64,000 bases of DNA from an uncultured bacterium (GCA_964472075.1 CAYYIY010000014.1:16196-80195), one strand, 5' to 3'; numbered from the stretch's first letter, positions 39,213-49,047 are shown. Made by a program: numbers and translations. The notes: generated from the sequence alone by a model not told the origin.

Positions 39213-39779
39213 ATGAGACACCCTGACATTCTTACCCGCGAAGGTGCCGTTCTGCTGATCTGCGACGTGCAGAAAAAGTGCATCAAGCCGATCTATCGCA
39301 AAGAGCCGATGATCAACAACATCAAGACTCTGGTGTCCTTCGCCGGCATGGTCGGTCTGCCGATTCTGCTGACCGAACTGGCGCCGCAGAACTTCGGCGG
39401 CACGATCGATGAGATCAAGAAGCTGGTTCCCAGGCTTGATCCGATCAAACGCAGCCGGTACACCTGCTTCGGTAACGAAGATCTGACATTGCGCCTCGAA
39501 GCCATGAATACCAAGACCCTGGTGGTGGCCGGTATGGAAAGCCACATCTCGGTGTGTCAGACGGTGCTTGATGCCCTGACCCGCGGTTTCCGCGTGCATG
39601 TCGTTTCGGATGCGGTCAGCTCACGCCGCCGCGTCGACCGCCGTGTGGCGCTCGAGAAGATGCGCCGCGCCGGCGCGATTGTGACCACCATGGAGATGGT
39701 CATGCATGAGATGGTCGAGCGGGTCGACGTGCCCCAGTTCGAGAAATTCCAGGAACTGGTCGGCAGTATCGGCCGCTGA
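39213..39779 (+). CDS. Isochorismatase family hydrolase
   Basis: LLICDVQ, VVAGMESHISVCQT, VHVVSDAVSSR. Confidence 0.88.
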   Translation: MRHPDILTREGAVLLICDVQKKCIKPIYRKEPMINNIKTLVSFAGMVGLPILLTELAPQNFGGTIDEIKKLVPRLDPIKRSRYTCFGNEDLTLRLEAMNTKTLVVAGMESHISVCQTVLDALTRGFRVHVVSDAVSSRRRVDRRVALEKMRRAGAIVTTMEMVMHEMVERVDVPQFEKFQELVGSIGR

Positions 39780-39781
39780 CC

Positions 39782-40561
39782 ATGAAAGAGATTCTTGCCC
39801 CGACCCCGACGTTGACCTTTCTGATCGGCGGGCTGGGAGCGGGAAAGACGGAACTGGCTCTCAACCTCGCCCTGAGTTATGCCGAGACGCATGGCCCAGG
39901 GCGAGTTCATCTCGTCGATCTCGATGTCGTCAACCCGTACTTTCGGGTGCGCAAGGTGCGCGAAGAGCTGACCGGAAAAGGCATACATGTGGTGACGCCT
40001 GATGCCAAAGTGCGCGACGGCGATCTGCCGGCCTTGCCGGCAGCGGCCTGGGGAGCGTTTGAAGCGCCGCAGGAATGGACCGTCGTCGATATCGGCGGCG
40101 GCGAACTCGGCCTGCGCCCGCTCGGGCGTATTCGTGAGATCGCCCGTTGCCGACCCGGTAACGTCTACTTCGTGGTGAACCCGTACCGTCCCGGCTATCG
40201 CACGCTGGATGAGATGGAGCGGAATTTTCGGCATCTTCAATCACTGTCAGCTCTGACGGTGACGGAACTGGTGGCCAACCCCCATCTGGTGCACGAGACG
40301 ACGATCGAGGTCTTTCAAAGCGGTCTGGAACTGGTGAAGGTGCTGGCCGAGAGACTGGCCCTGCCGATCGCTTTTGCCATGGCCGCGGAAGAAATCGTCG
40401 CGGAAGCTCGAAGTGAGACGACGACACCCCTCTTCCCGGTGCGCCGCTTCTGGCGCACTCCCTGGAAGTTCGGACTCGGACAGGATGCGAGCAGCGGCGA
40501 TCCGGTGCTCGATGTCGCCGCGAAGAAGGTGCGCTTCGGAGTCTGGCAGAAACCTGAGTGA
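39782..40561 (+). CDS. P-loop NTPase (MinD/CobQ-like) of the type often found upstream of Vor-type OFOR operons
   Basis: GGLGAGKTE Walker A, DLDVVNPYFR, VDIGGG, NPYRP. Confidence 0.8.
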   Translation: MKEILAPTPTLTFLIGGLGAGKTELALNLALSYAETHGPGRVHLVDLDVVNPYFRVRKVREELTGKGIHVVTPDAKVRDGDLPALPAAAWGAFEAPQEWTVVDIGGGELGLRPLGRIREIARCRPGNVYFVVNPYRPGYRTLDEMERNFRHLQSLSALTVTELVANPHLVHETTIEVFQSGLELVKVLAERLALPIAFAMAAEEIVAEARSETTTPLFPVRRFWRTPWKFGLGQDASSGDPVLDVAAKKVRFGVWQKPE

Positions 40562-40645
40562 AGAGTACGAGTGCTGTTTTCGACGGGACTCATTAGATTC
40601 GCAGTATGCAGAGTAAAGAAAGAGTTTTTTAAGCAAGGAAAGTTG

Positions 40646-40682
40646 GGAAACGTTTCCGTTTACCGGGGAACGTGAATTCACG
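40646..40682. promoter_or_regulatory. Two perfect 12-bp palindromes upstream of OFOR copy 1 (candidate operators)
   Basis: GGAAACGTTTCC (40646-40657, LacI/CcpA-like) and CGTGAATTCACG (40671-40682). Confidence 0.4.
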
Positions 40683-40717
40683 ACTGGTACTTTCACACCG
40701 GTCGGGATCGAAAAGGA

Positions 40718-40933
40718 ATGATTGCCGTGTCGAAGTGGAAGATCAACGAAGATTTATGCAAGGGCTGCGGAATTTGTATCGCACGGTGCCCGGTGAAGGT
40801 TCTGGGCGTTGCGGAGCATCTTAACAAGAAGGGGTATCACCCGGCGAAGATGCTGAATGAAGAGAAGTGCACGAGTTGCGGGATCTGCGGGCGGAGCTGC
40901 CCGGATGTCGCGATCGAAGTGAGCAAGCCGTAA
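40718..40933 (+). CDS. 2-oxoacid:ferredoxin oxidoreductase delta subunit (2x4Fe-4S), copy 1
   Basis: CKGCGICIARCP and CTSCGICGRSCPD. Confidence 0.92.
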   Translation: MIAVSKWKINEDLCKGCGICIARCPVKVLGVAEHLNKKGYHPAKMLNEEKCTSCGICGRSCPDVAIEVSKP

Positions 40934-40945
40934 GGAGGCCGATCG

Positions 40946-42028
40946 ATGGCGGACAAAGTCTTGATGAAGGGAAATGAAGCGATCGGCGAGGCCGCGGTAT
41001 TGGCGGGCTGCCGACATTATTTCGGGTATCCGATCACGCCGCAGAGCGAACTGCCGGCGTATCTGTCGAAGCGCTTGCCCGAGGTCGAGGGCTGTTTTCT
41101 GCAGTCCGAGAGCGAAGTGGCGGCGATCAACATGGTGTTCGGCGCGGCGAGCGCGGGTGCTCGGGTGATGACGAGTTCGAGCAGCCCGGGCGTGAGCCTG
41201 ATGCAGGAAGGCATCTCGTACATTGCGGCGGCGGAGCTGCCGTGCGTGCTGGTGAACGTGGTGCGCGGCGGCCCGGGCCTTGGGAACATCGCGCCGGCGC
41301 AGTCGGATTATTTTCAGTCGACGCGGGGCGGCGGTCACGGGGACTATCGCACGATCGTGCTGGCACCGAACTCGGTTCAGGAGATGACGAACCTGACGTT
41401 GAAGGCATTTGAAGCGGCTGACAAGTTTCGGAACCCGGTACTGTTGATGGTCGACGGGGTTCTGGGCCAGATGATGGAGCCGGTGTTGCTGCCCGAGCCG
41501 GTGAACTACGACCCGACTGAGAAAAAGTGGGCGTTGACGGGCAAGGGTTCTCGCAAGGAGCGGAACCTGTGCACGACGATCTGGCTGGATGTCGAGCTGC
41601 TGGAAGAACACAACTGGCACCTGTATCAAAAGTACCAGTACATTACAGACGAATTCACGACGGGCAGCTGGAAAGAATACGGCTGCGAACTGCATCAGGT
41701 GGAAGATGCCGAGATCGTGCTGGTGGGATACGGTATCATTTCGCGCATTCTGAAGACCGTGGTCGAGAAGTGCCGCAAACGCGGGATCAAGGCGGGTCTG
41801 GTGCGCCCGATCACGTTGTGGCCGTTCCCGACGCCCTCGATTCAGAAACTGGTGCCGAGCGCCAAGCACTTTCTGTGCGTCGAGATGTCGACGGGCCAGA
41901 TGGTCGAAGATGTGAAGCTGGCGGTCGAAGGAAAGAAGCCGGTGTATTTCTACGGTCGCACGGGCGGCTCACTGCCTTCCGACTTCGAGATTCTGAACGA
42001 GATCGACAAAATCGTTCGGCCGGACTAA
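40946..42028 (+). CDS. vorB: 2-oxoacid:ferredoxin oxidoreductase alpha subunit (VorB-type), copy 1
   Basis: MKGNEAIGEAA, GYPITPQSE, ESEVAAINM, TSSSSPGVSLMQEG, RPITLWPFP. Confidence 0.92.
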   Translation: MADKVLMKGNEAIGEAAVLAGCRHYFGYPITPQSELPAYLSKRLPEVEGCFLQSESEVAAINMVFGAASAGARVMTSSSSPGVSLMQEGISYIAAAELPCVLVNVVRGGPGLGNIAPAQSDYFQSTRGGGHGDYRTIVLAPNSVQEMTNLTLKAFEAADKFRNPVLLMVDGVLGQMMEPVLLPEPVNYDPTEKKWALTGKGSRKERNLCTTIWLDVELLEEHNWHLYQKYQYITDEFTTGSWKEYGCELHQVEDAEIVLVGYGIISRILKTVVEKCRKRGIKAGLVRPITLWPFPTPSIQKLVPSAKHFLCVEMSTGQMVEDVKLAVEGKKPVYFYGRTGGSLPSDFEILNEIDKIVRPD

Positions 42029-42041
42029 GGAGGAAACGACG

Positions 42042-42797
42042 ATGCAGAAAATCTTCGAACGACCGAAAGCATTGAGCAAGAACCCGTTTCACTATTGTCC
42101 GGGTTGCGATCACGGCGTGATTCACCGCATGGTCGCGGAGTCGCTGGATGAACTGGAAGTGACCGGCAAGACGATCGGCGTGGCTCCGGTGGGCTGCTCG
42201 GTGTTTGCCTATGATTACTTTGACGTCGATTTCAACTCGGCGCCGCACGGCCGCGCTCCGGCGGTGGCGACGGGGATCAAGCGGGTTCACCCCGACTCGA
42301 TCGTGTTTTCGTATCAGGGCGACGGCGACTGCGCGGCGATCGGCACGGCCGAGATCGTGCATGCGGCGAACCGCGGCGAGAACATCACGGTGGTGTTCGT
42401 GAACAATGCGATCTACGGCATGACGGGCGGTCAGATGGCGCCGACGACGCTGATCGGCATGAAGACGGCGACCTCGCCGTACGGCCGCGATGCGAAGACG
42501 ATGGGTCATCCGATCAAGATGTCCGAGATGCTGTCGACGCTGACGGCTCCGGCCTTTGTGGCGCGCGTGTCGATTCACAATGTGGCGAATCTGATGAAGG
42601 CGAAGAAGGCGATCAAGCGCGCTTTCGAGATTCAGAAAGAGAAGAAGGGCTTCTCGTTCGTGGAAGTGCTGGCGATCTGCCCGACGAACTGGGGCAAGCC
42701 GCCGGTCGAAGCGCACAAGTGGCTCGAAGAAAACATGATTCCGGTGTTCCCGCTGGGTGTCTTCAAAGACGCCACCGGCGGACCCGCTGTCATGTAA
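42042..42797 (+). CDS. 2-oxoacid:ferredoxin oxidoreductase beta (TPP-binding) subunit, copy 1
   Basis: YCPGCDHG, PVGCS, HGRAPAVATG, GDGD...NNAIYGMTGGQ, CPTNW. Confidence 0.93.
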   Translation: MQKIFERPKALSKNPFHYCPGCDHGVIHRMVAESLDELEVTGKTIGVAPVGCSVFAYDYFDVDFNSAPHGRAPAVATGIKRVHPDSIVFSYQGDGDCAAIGTAEIVHAANRGENITVVFVNNAIYGMTGGQMAPTTLIGMKTATSPYGRDAKTMGHPIKMSEMLSTLTAPAFVARVSIHNVANLMKAKKAIKRAFEIQKEKKGFSFVEVLAICPTNWGKPPVEAHKWLEENMIPVFPLGVFKDATGGPAVM

Positions 42798-42822
42798 AAC
42801 CGGGAACAGGGAGGAAACGTAC

Positions 42823-43374
42823 ATGTATCCGAATTCTGAAGAGATCATCATGGCAGGTTTCGGCGGGCAGGGAATTCTCTTTCTCGGCAAGGTGCTGGCC
42901 GAAGCGGGCATGCGCTCCGGGAAACATGTCTCCTGGATTCCGAGCTACGGCCCCGAAATGCGCGGCGGCACGGCGAATTGTACGGTCGTGATTGCGAAAG
43001 ACCCGATCGGCTCGCCGATGGTGAACGAACCCGATTGCGTTCTGGCGTTGAACAAGCCGTCGATTGAAAAGTTCGCCAAAATGATCAGACAGGGCGGCGT
43101 CCTGGTCTACAATTCGTCAATGTCAGATCAGAAGCCGGAGAAAGAGGGAGTAAAATGTATTCCCGTTCCGGCAAGCAAGATTGCGGAAGAACTCGGCAGC
43201 ACCAGGGTGACCAACCTGGTGATGGTCGGAGCCTTTGCGAAATACAGTCAGATGATCAAGTTTGAAGACCTGGTCGATTGGCTGCCGAAGATCATTCCTG
43301 CCAAAAAGAAGGAACTCGCCGAGATCAACCTGAATGCGCTCAAGAAAGGGTATGAATATGTAACGAGCCACTGA
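42823..43374 (+). CDS. 2-oxoacid:ferredoxin oxidoreductase gamma subunit, variant 1
   Basis: AGFGGQG, PSYGPEMRGGTANC; RBS GGAGG before ATG 42823. Confidence 0.93.
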   Translation: MYPNSEEIIMAGFGGQGILFLGKVLAEAGMRSGKHVSWIPSYGPEMRGGTANCTVVIAKDPIGSPMVNEPDCVLALNKPSIEKFAKMIRQGGVLVYNSSMSDQKPEKEGVKCIPVPASKIAEELGSTRVTNLVMVGAFAKYSQMIKFEDLVDWLPKIIPAKKKELAEINLNALKKGYEYVTSH

Positions 43375-43394
43375 TCATCAACAGGTTTGAACAG

Positions 43395-43425
43395 TGCCGG
43401 GCTTCCGATGGAGGCTCGGCATTTT
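43395..43425 (+). terminator. Intrinsic terminator after gamma variant 1
   Basis: TGCCGGGCTTCC-GAT-GGAGGCTCGGCA followed by TTTT. Confidence 0.7.
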
Positions 43426-43517
43426 CATTTGGGTTGCGGGAAACTTGACTTCAGAACCGGGATTATCTAGTTTTCGGACGTTCAATCTTTGAGAGCACAA
43501 CAGAGTGAGAGATTCGC

Positions 43518-44861
43518 ATGGGACACGTCACTTCCAGGTCATACCTGTCGCTGCAGAAGCGGCTCGACATGCACGGTCAGGGGGTTCCGGCCTCTGAGAC
43601 TCTTTTTCGCATTCTCGAACACCTCTTCACGGAACAGGAAGCGTCTTTCGTTTCCCGTCTGCCGCTGAACTTCTTCACTCTGGAAGAAGCCGCTCGCATC
43701 ACCGGAAAGAGCGAGCGTGAAGCCGAGGCCATTCTTGATGGGCTTGCCGACAAGGCCGTTCTGGTGGATGTCGAATCGGAGAAAGCGAAGGCCTACATCC
43801 TGGCGCCGCCGATGGCCGGTTTTTTCGAATTCAGCCTGATGCGTACCGATGGAAAGTTCGACCGCAACCTGCTGTCACATCTTTTCTACCAGTACATAAA
43901 TCAGGAAGACGATTTCATGTTCCAGGCGATCGGCATGGACAGCCATATCATTCGTACGTTCGTCCATGAAGACATGATTGCTCAGAATGATTTGACGCTG
44001 GTTCTCGATTATGAGAAAGCCGGCCATATCATTGAGACCGCTTCGTGCATCACGCTCGGCACCTGCTACTGCCGACACAAGATGGAACACCTCGACAAAG
44101 CCTGTGATTTTCCACAGGATGTCTGCCTGACCTTCAATGCTCTGGCCAAAAGTCTGGCAAAGCATGGGGTGGCACGCGAGATCAGTCGCGGCCAGGCTCT
44201 CGACGTGCTGCAGCGGTGCGTGTCTCTCGGACTTGTACAACTTGGCGACAATGTGCAGGATGGCGTCAACTTCATGTGCAACTGTTGCGGTTGTTGTTGC
44301 GAGGCGTTGACCAGCTATGAACGTCTGCGCTATGCGCCGAAGTTTGCCAGCAACTTTGTGGCGCGCATCGATGCCGCGCACTGTACCGGTTGCGGCATCT
44401 GTGAGCGCAAGTGCCCGGTGAAAGCGCTGAGCATCGCGACCACCGGCCGGGGCAGAGTTGCCGTTATCAATCGCGAGATCTGCATTGGCTGCGGCGTCTG
44501 CAAGAGATTCTGCCCGCGGCAGTGTATTGAACTCGAACGTCTGCAGCAGCTGCGCTTTGTTCCGAAAGATTCTTTCGAGCGCCACCTGGTGTTCAATATC
44601 GAGCGCGGTCGTCTCGAAAACCTGATCATCGATAACCTCGAGTTCTGGGGACATCAGCAGGTGCGAGCACTTCTGAAGGCGATTCTCACCTTCGCTCCGG
44701 TGAAGCGGGCGTTGCTGAATCACAAGATTCGGTCTCGGTTTATCAATCTGATCATCAATCATACGGGGAAGTACGACTTGTACGATAAGCTCTTCAACGA
44801 AGGGCGCCGAGTCGACTATTCACACCCGGAGCTGACAACGCGACCCCGGAATCGCCGGTAG
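43518..44861 (+). CDS. 4Fe-4S dicluster domain protein with N-terminal HTH-like region
   Basis: CYCRH, CNCCGCCC, CTGCGICERKCP and CIGCGVCKRFCP motifs. Confidence 0.85.
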   Translation: MGHVTSRSYLSLQKRLDMHGQGVPASETLFRILEHLFTEQEASFVSRLPLNFFTLEEAARITGKSEREAEAILDGLADKAVLVDVESEKAKAYILAPPMAGFFEFSLMRTDGKFDRNLLSHLFYQYINQEDDFMFQAIGMDSHIIRTFVHEDMIAQNDLTLVLDYEKAGHIIETASCITLGTCYCRHKMEHLDKACDFPQDVCLTFNALAKSLAKHGVAREISRGQALDVLQRCVSLGLVQLGDNVQDGVNFMCNCCGCCCEALTSYERLRYAPKFASNFVARIDAAHCTGCGICERKCPVKALSIATTGRGRVAVINREICIGCGVCKRFCPRQCIELERLQQLRFVPKDSFERHLVFNIERGRLENLIIDNLEFWGHQQVRALLKAILTFAPVKRALLNHKIRSRFINLIINHTGKYDLYDKLFNEGRRVDYSHPELTTRPRNRR

Positions 44862-44985
44862 TTGTAGGCCGTCACTCGCCTGAGCGGGGTGTTGTTGCCT
44901 GCCGGGTGTCCAACAAGGGGTTGGGTGCAAAAGAACGAGAAAATTTCCTTGACCACGGTGCCCGTTTTCCGGAATACTTCGTGCC

Positions 44986-45843
44986 ATGACTGAACAACTA
45001 AAACCGGTGCGAGAGGCAGAGCAGAAAGAGCCGTTGACCGGGTGGCGTCGCACCTGGCACGAAATCATCTTTGAGGCCGATACGCCCGCGGGCAAGCGCT
45101 TCGATGTTTTTCTCGTCATTGCCATTGTCGCAAGCGTTCTGGTGGTGATGCTCGACAGCGTGTCGCATCTGCATCAGCAATGGGGCGATCAGCTGCGAAT
45201 TGCCGAGTGGTTCTTCACCGTGCTGTTCACCTTTGACTACGTTATGCGTCTGATCTGCGTGGCAAGTCCGCGCCTCTACGCCTTGAGTTTCTACGGAGTT
45301 GTCGATCTGGTTGCCGTTCTGCCGACCTATCTCGGCTTGTTTTTCTCAGGGTCTCAGTATCTCGCGTCAGTGCGAATCCTGCGTGTGCTGCGCGTGTTTC
45401 GCATTTTCAAGCTGTCGCAGTATCTGTCTGAAGCGCAGATTCTGATGCGGTCTCTGACCGCGAGCCTGCCGCGCATTACCGTGTTCACGCTCGCGGTTCT
45501 CACGCTCGTGACGATCATTGGTTCCGTGATGTACGTGGTCGAAGGCCCTGAAAACGGTTTCACCAGCATTCCGCTGTCGATCTACTGGGCGATAGTCACA
45601 TTGACGACCGTCGGGTTTGGAGACGTCACCCCGAAAACATTTCTCGGTCAGTTTTTCGCCTGCGTCGTCATGGTACTGGGGTATGCGATCATCGCCATTC
45701 CCACCGGCATCGTCACCGTAGAACTTTCGCGAGAGGTGCAGGCTTCTCTGCAAAAGGTCAGCACCCAGGTTTGCATGAACTGCTCACTCGAAGGCCACGA
45801 TGCCGACGCGGTGTATTGCAAGGCCTGCGGGGCGAAGCTCTGA
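44986..45843 (+). CDS. Ion transporter, voltage-gated K+ channel-like (6TM)
   Basis: S4 RILRVLRVFRIFK; pore YWAIVTLTTVGFGD; C-terminal CxxC...CxxC. Confidence 0.9.
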   Translation: MTEQLKPVREAEQKEPLTGWRRTWHEIIFEADTPAGKRFDVFLVIAIVASVLVVMLDSVSHLHQQWGDQLRIAEWFFTVLFTFDYVMRLICVASPRLYALSFYGVVDLVAVLPTYLGLFFSGSQYLASVRILRVLRVFRIFKLSQYLSEAQILMRSLTASLPRITVFTLAVLTLVTIIGSVMYVVEGPENGFTSIPLSIYWAIVTLTTVGFGDVTPKTFLGQFFACVVMVLGYAIIAIPTGIVTVELSREVQASLQKVSTQVCMNCSLEGHDADAVYCKACGAKL

Positions 45844-45906
45844 TGCGGAAAGTGGTGAGCGGGTGTCGAGTCGGCAATCGGAACAGCCTTGCCCGAGTCT
45901 AAGGCG

Positions 45907-47577
45907 TCAGCGTTTCACCCGGCCTTTGCCCTTGCAGACAGTGCATCGTCCATTTCCACGACAGGACGGGCAGGTCTTACATTTGAGGTTGCTGTAATCC
46001 GTGATTTCGCCGCGACCATAACAGGTCTGGCAGTTCCCGCTGCCGGAACATGATGGGCAGAGCTGGTCGACGCTTTCAGAGGTTGTCTTCCGGTCGGAGT
46101 CCCTGGTTGGCTGAGTCTTGCCGGGCAGGGGCGGAACACGAGTCTCGTCACCGGGAAGTTCGACTTCAGCGAGCCTGGTGGCGTGTTCAAGACGTTGGAT
46201 CAACTCTTCCCAGGGGCGACTCTGCGCCCACTCCTCCTTGAACCCGTTCAGCGACAGATTTCGGGGTTGACTTTTGACATGCGCCAGGGCTTCTTGCGCC
46301 AGCTGTGTCGTGGTTCGGCCATCCTGCGTGCGTATCCAGGGGTTCGCCCCGAGATCGAGCAGAAGGCCGGCGGCGGTGGCATTCCGCTCGCGAAGAGCGG
46401 TCAGCAGGGGAGTTTCGTTCTTCAGGTTGAGTGCCTCGAGAGCCGCACCGGCACTGGCGAGCAGCGGTATCAGCACATGACCGCGCCACAGGGCGGCCAC
46501 CTCGTGCAGAGGTGCGTTACCGCCTGGAAGAGCGGTTTTCGGATCGGCTCCCTCGCGCAGAAGCGTGGCAACGAAATCCGCGTCGCCGCTACGCAGGGCT
46601 GTCGTCCAGAGTCGATTGAGAGTGGGGGCTGAAAGGGGAGCACTGGAGCTCGCCTGAACCCGCATCCGGGTGAACGTGGCGAAGTCGGGTGCCCAGCCCA
46701 ACGGTGAACAGCCGCCGGCGTCGAGCGTGTCCGGCGAGAACCCCAGTTCCAGGAGTGCCTGGTAGATGCCGGTGTGTCGTCGCTCGACGGCGTAGTGCAG
46801 AAGAGTGCCGCCATCACGGCCGGATGCCATCAGCCGTTGCGATTCAGAAGCGAATAGCGTCAGTTGCTCGGTGGTGCTCAATTCGTGAATCGGCATGCGG
46901 CCATGGGCATCCTGGTCTGTCCAGGCTTCAGGTCCGAGACAATCGGCCAGGCGCCTGAGAAACGCTGCGGGTGCTCCGTGACGGGCGGCGAGATGAAGAG
47001 TCGTCTGATTCTGCGACAATCGCTCGTGAAACGTATGCGCACCGGCCTCCATGAGCGTCTGGGCGACATCGAACTGTTTGCCGTGCAGAAGCTGGGAAAA
47101 CAGCGATTTTCCGAAGAGCGACTGATCCGGATTGCCTCCGGCGCGCAACAGGGGACCGATGAGCCGGGTATGGGGTGAGCTTCCGTAGATCGACAATTCC
47201 CGTGAGATCTCTTCGAGACCCCTGTTCGGATTCGCTCCGTGACGCAACAGGAATTCGAAGGAGTCGGTGGCGGTACTGGCACGTCGAAACGCGTCAGGCC
47301 AGAATTCATCTCGCCGAACGATCCAGGTTCCGAGTGACACCCATCGATAGGCGGTCATGATGGGCAGAATGCCGTGTTGAAAGGAACTGTCGATTTCTTG
47401 TTCCAGCCCCGCATGCGTGGCGAACGCCAGGCACAGCAGAACGACGACCGGCCATCGCGGGCCGATTCCTCGGCGCTGGGCGATCGAAAACACCAGGGCG
47501 GGAAAAAACAGCACGAACCCTGTGAGAAGACCGAGTCCGGAGATGAAAATCGATGCCCAGCTCAGAATGTTTGCCAC
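45907..47577 (-). CDS. Membrane-anchored ankyrin-repeat protein with C-terminal DnaJ-type zinc finger
   Basis: Two N-terminal hydrophobic segments; ankyrin motifs (TTLHLAA, TLLHYAV, APLHEVA, TPLLTAL); C-terminal CxxCxGxG x4. Confidence 0.8.
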   Translation of the reverse strand: MANILSWASIFISGLGLLTGFVLFFPALVFSIAQRRGIGPRWPVVVLLCLAFATHAGLEQEIDSSFQHGILPIMTAYRWVSLGTWIVRRDEFWPDAFRRASTATDSFEFLLRHGANPNRGLEEISRELSIYGSSPHTRLIGPLLRAGGNPDQSLFGKSLFSQLLHGKQFDVAQTLMEAGAHTFHERLSQNQTTLHLAARHGAPAAFLRRLADCLGPEAWTDQDAHGRMPIHELSTTEQLTLFASESQRLMASGRDGGTLLHYAVERRHTGIYQALLELGFSPDTLDAGGCSPLGWAPDFATFTRMRVQASSSAPLSAPTLNRLWTTALRSGDADFVATLLREGADPKTALPGGNAPLHEVAALWRGHVLIPLLASAGAALEALNLKNETPLLTALRERNATAAGLLLDLGANPWIRTQDGRTTTQLAQEALAHVKSQPRNLSLNGFKEEWAQSRPWEELIQRLEHATRLAEVELPGDETRVPPLPGKTQPTRDSDRKTTSESVDQLCPSCSGSGNCQTCYGRGEITDYSNLKCKTCPSCRGNGRCTVCKGKGRVKR

Positions 47578-47667
47578 CAGGACCTCTCGCTATTCCGTTG
47601 TTTCCGAAGTACCTGAAACTGATTATAACTCAATGGCCAACGGTCACGTTTTTTCGCTCTCGTTTCA

Positions 47668-47696
47668 TTGAGAAACCCCTCGGTTTGCGGTATGAT
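47668..47696 (+). promoter_or_regulatory. Sigma70-like promoter of OFOR copy 2
   Basis: TTGAGA-17 nt-TATGAT, 27 nt upstream of ATG 47724. Confidence 0.55.
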
Positions 47697-47723
47697 TGGC
47701 CGTTCAAACATCCTCGAGGAGGA

Positions 47724-47939
47724 ATGATTGCCGTGTCGAAGTGGAAGATCAACGAAGATTTGTGCAAGGGCTGCGGAATTTGTATCGCACGGTGCCCGGT
47801 GAAGGTTCTGGGCGTTGCGGAGCATCTTAACAAGAAGGGGTATCACCCGGCGAAGATGCTGAATGAAGAGAAGTGCACGAGTTGCGGGATCTGCGGGCGG
47901 AGCTGCCCGGATGTCGCGATCGAAGTGAGCAAGCCGTAA
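47724..47939 (+). CDS. OFOR delta subunit, copy 2
   Basis: Protein identical to 40718-40933; start set at ATG 47724. Confidence 0.9.
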   Translation: MIAVSKWKINEDLCKGCGICIARCPVKVLGVAEHLNKKGYHPAKMLNEEKCTSCGICGRSCPDVAIEVSKP

Positions 47940-47951
47940 GGAGGCCGATCG

Positions 47952-49034
47952 ATGGCGGACAAAGTCTTGATGAAGGGAAATGAAGCGATCGGCGAGGCCG
48001 CGGTATTGGCGGGCTGCCGACATTATTTCGGGTATCCGATCACGCCGCAGAGCGAACTGCCGGCGTATCTGTCGAAGCGCTTGCCCGAGGTCGAGGGCTG
48101 TTTTCTGCAGTCCGAGAGCGAAGTGGCGGCGATCAACATGGTGTTCGGCGCGGCGAGCGCGGGTGCTCGGGTGATGACGAGTTCGAGCAGCCCGGGCGTG
48201 AGCCTGATGCAGGAAGGCATCTCGTACATTGCGGCGGCGGAGCTGCCGTGCGTGCTGGTGAACGTGGTGCGCGGCGGCCCGGGCCTTGGGAACATCGCGC
48301 CGGCGCAGTCGGATTATTTTCAGTCGACGCGGGGCGGCGGTCACGGGGACTATCGCACGATCGTGCTGGCACCGAACTCGGTTCAGGAGATGACGAACCT
48401 GACGTTGAAGGCATTTGAAGCGGCTGACAAGTTTCGGAACCCGGTACTGTTGATGGTCGACGGGGTTCTGGGCCAGATGATGGAGCCGGTGTTGCTGCCC
48501 GAGCCGGTGAACTACGACCCGACTGAGAAAAAGTGGGCGTTGACGGGCAAGGGTTCTCGCAAGGAGCGGAACCTGTGCACGACGATCTGGCTGGATGTCG
48601 AGCTGCTGGAAGAACACAACTGGCACCTGTATCAAAAGTACCAGTACATTACAGACGAATTCACGACGGGCAGCTGGAAAGAATACGGCTGCGAACTGCA
48701 TCAGGTGGAAGATGCCGAGATCGTGCTGGTGGGATACGGTATCATTTCGCGCATTCTGAAGACCGTGGTCGAGAAGTGCCGCAAACGCGGGATCAAGGCG
48801 GGTCTGGTGCGCCCGATCACGTTGTGGCCGTTCCCGACGCCCTCGATTCAGAAACTGGTGCCGAGCGCCAAGCACTTTCTGTGCGTCGAGATGTCGACGG
48901 GCCAGATGGTCGAAGATGTGAAGCTGGCGGTCGAAGGAAAGAAGCCGGTGTATTTCTACGGTCGCACGGGCGGCTCACTGCCTTCCGACTTCGAGATTCT
49001 GAACGAGATCGACAAAATCGTTCGGCCGGACTAA
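47952..49034 (+). CDS. vorB: OFOR alpha subunit (VorB-type), copy 2
   Basis: Protein identical to 40946-42028. Confidence 0.9.
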   Translation: MADKVLMKGNEAIGEAAVLAGCRHYFGYPITPQSELPAYLSKRLPEVEGCFLQSESEVAAINMVFGAASAGARVMTSSSSPGVSLMQEGISYIAAAELPCVLVNVVRGGPGLGNIAPAQSDYFQSTRGGGHGDYRTIVLAPNSVQEMTNLTLKAFEAADKFRNPVLLMVDGVLGQMMEPVLLPEPVNYDPTEKKWALTGKGSRKERNLCTTIWLDVELLEEHNWHLYQKYQYITDEFTTGSWKEYGCELHQVEDAEIVLVGYGIISRILKTVVEKCRKRGIKAGLVRPITLWPFPTPSIQKLVPSAKHFLCVEMSTGQMVEDVKLAVEGKKPVYFYGRTGGSLPSDFEILNEIDKIVRPD

Positions 49035-49047
49035 GGAGGAAACGACG

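Larger units (their letters stand above)
40714..42803 (+). repeat. 2090-bp direct repeat, copy 1 (OFOR delta-alpha-beta)
   Basis: Matches 47720-49809 at offset 7006; the three encoded proteins are identical in the ORF track. Synonymous differences noticed: A40756/G47762 and T42788/C49794. Confidence 0.95.

Noticed and set aside
45600-45630. GFG instead of GYG in the channel selectivity filter
   Set aside because: A known variant of K+ channel filters; not novel on its own.
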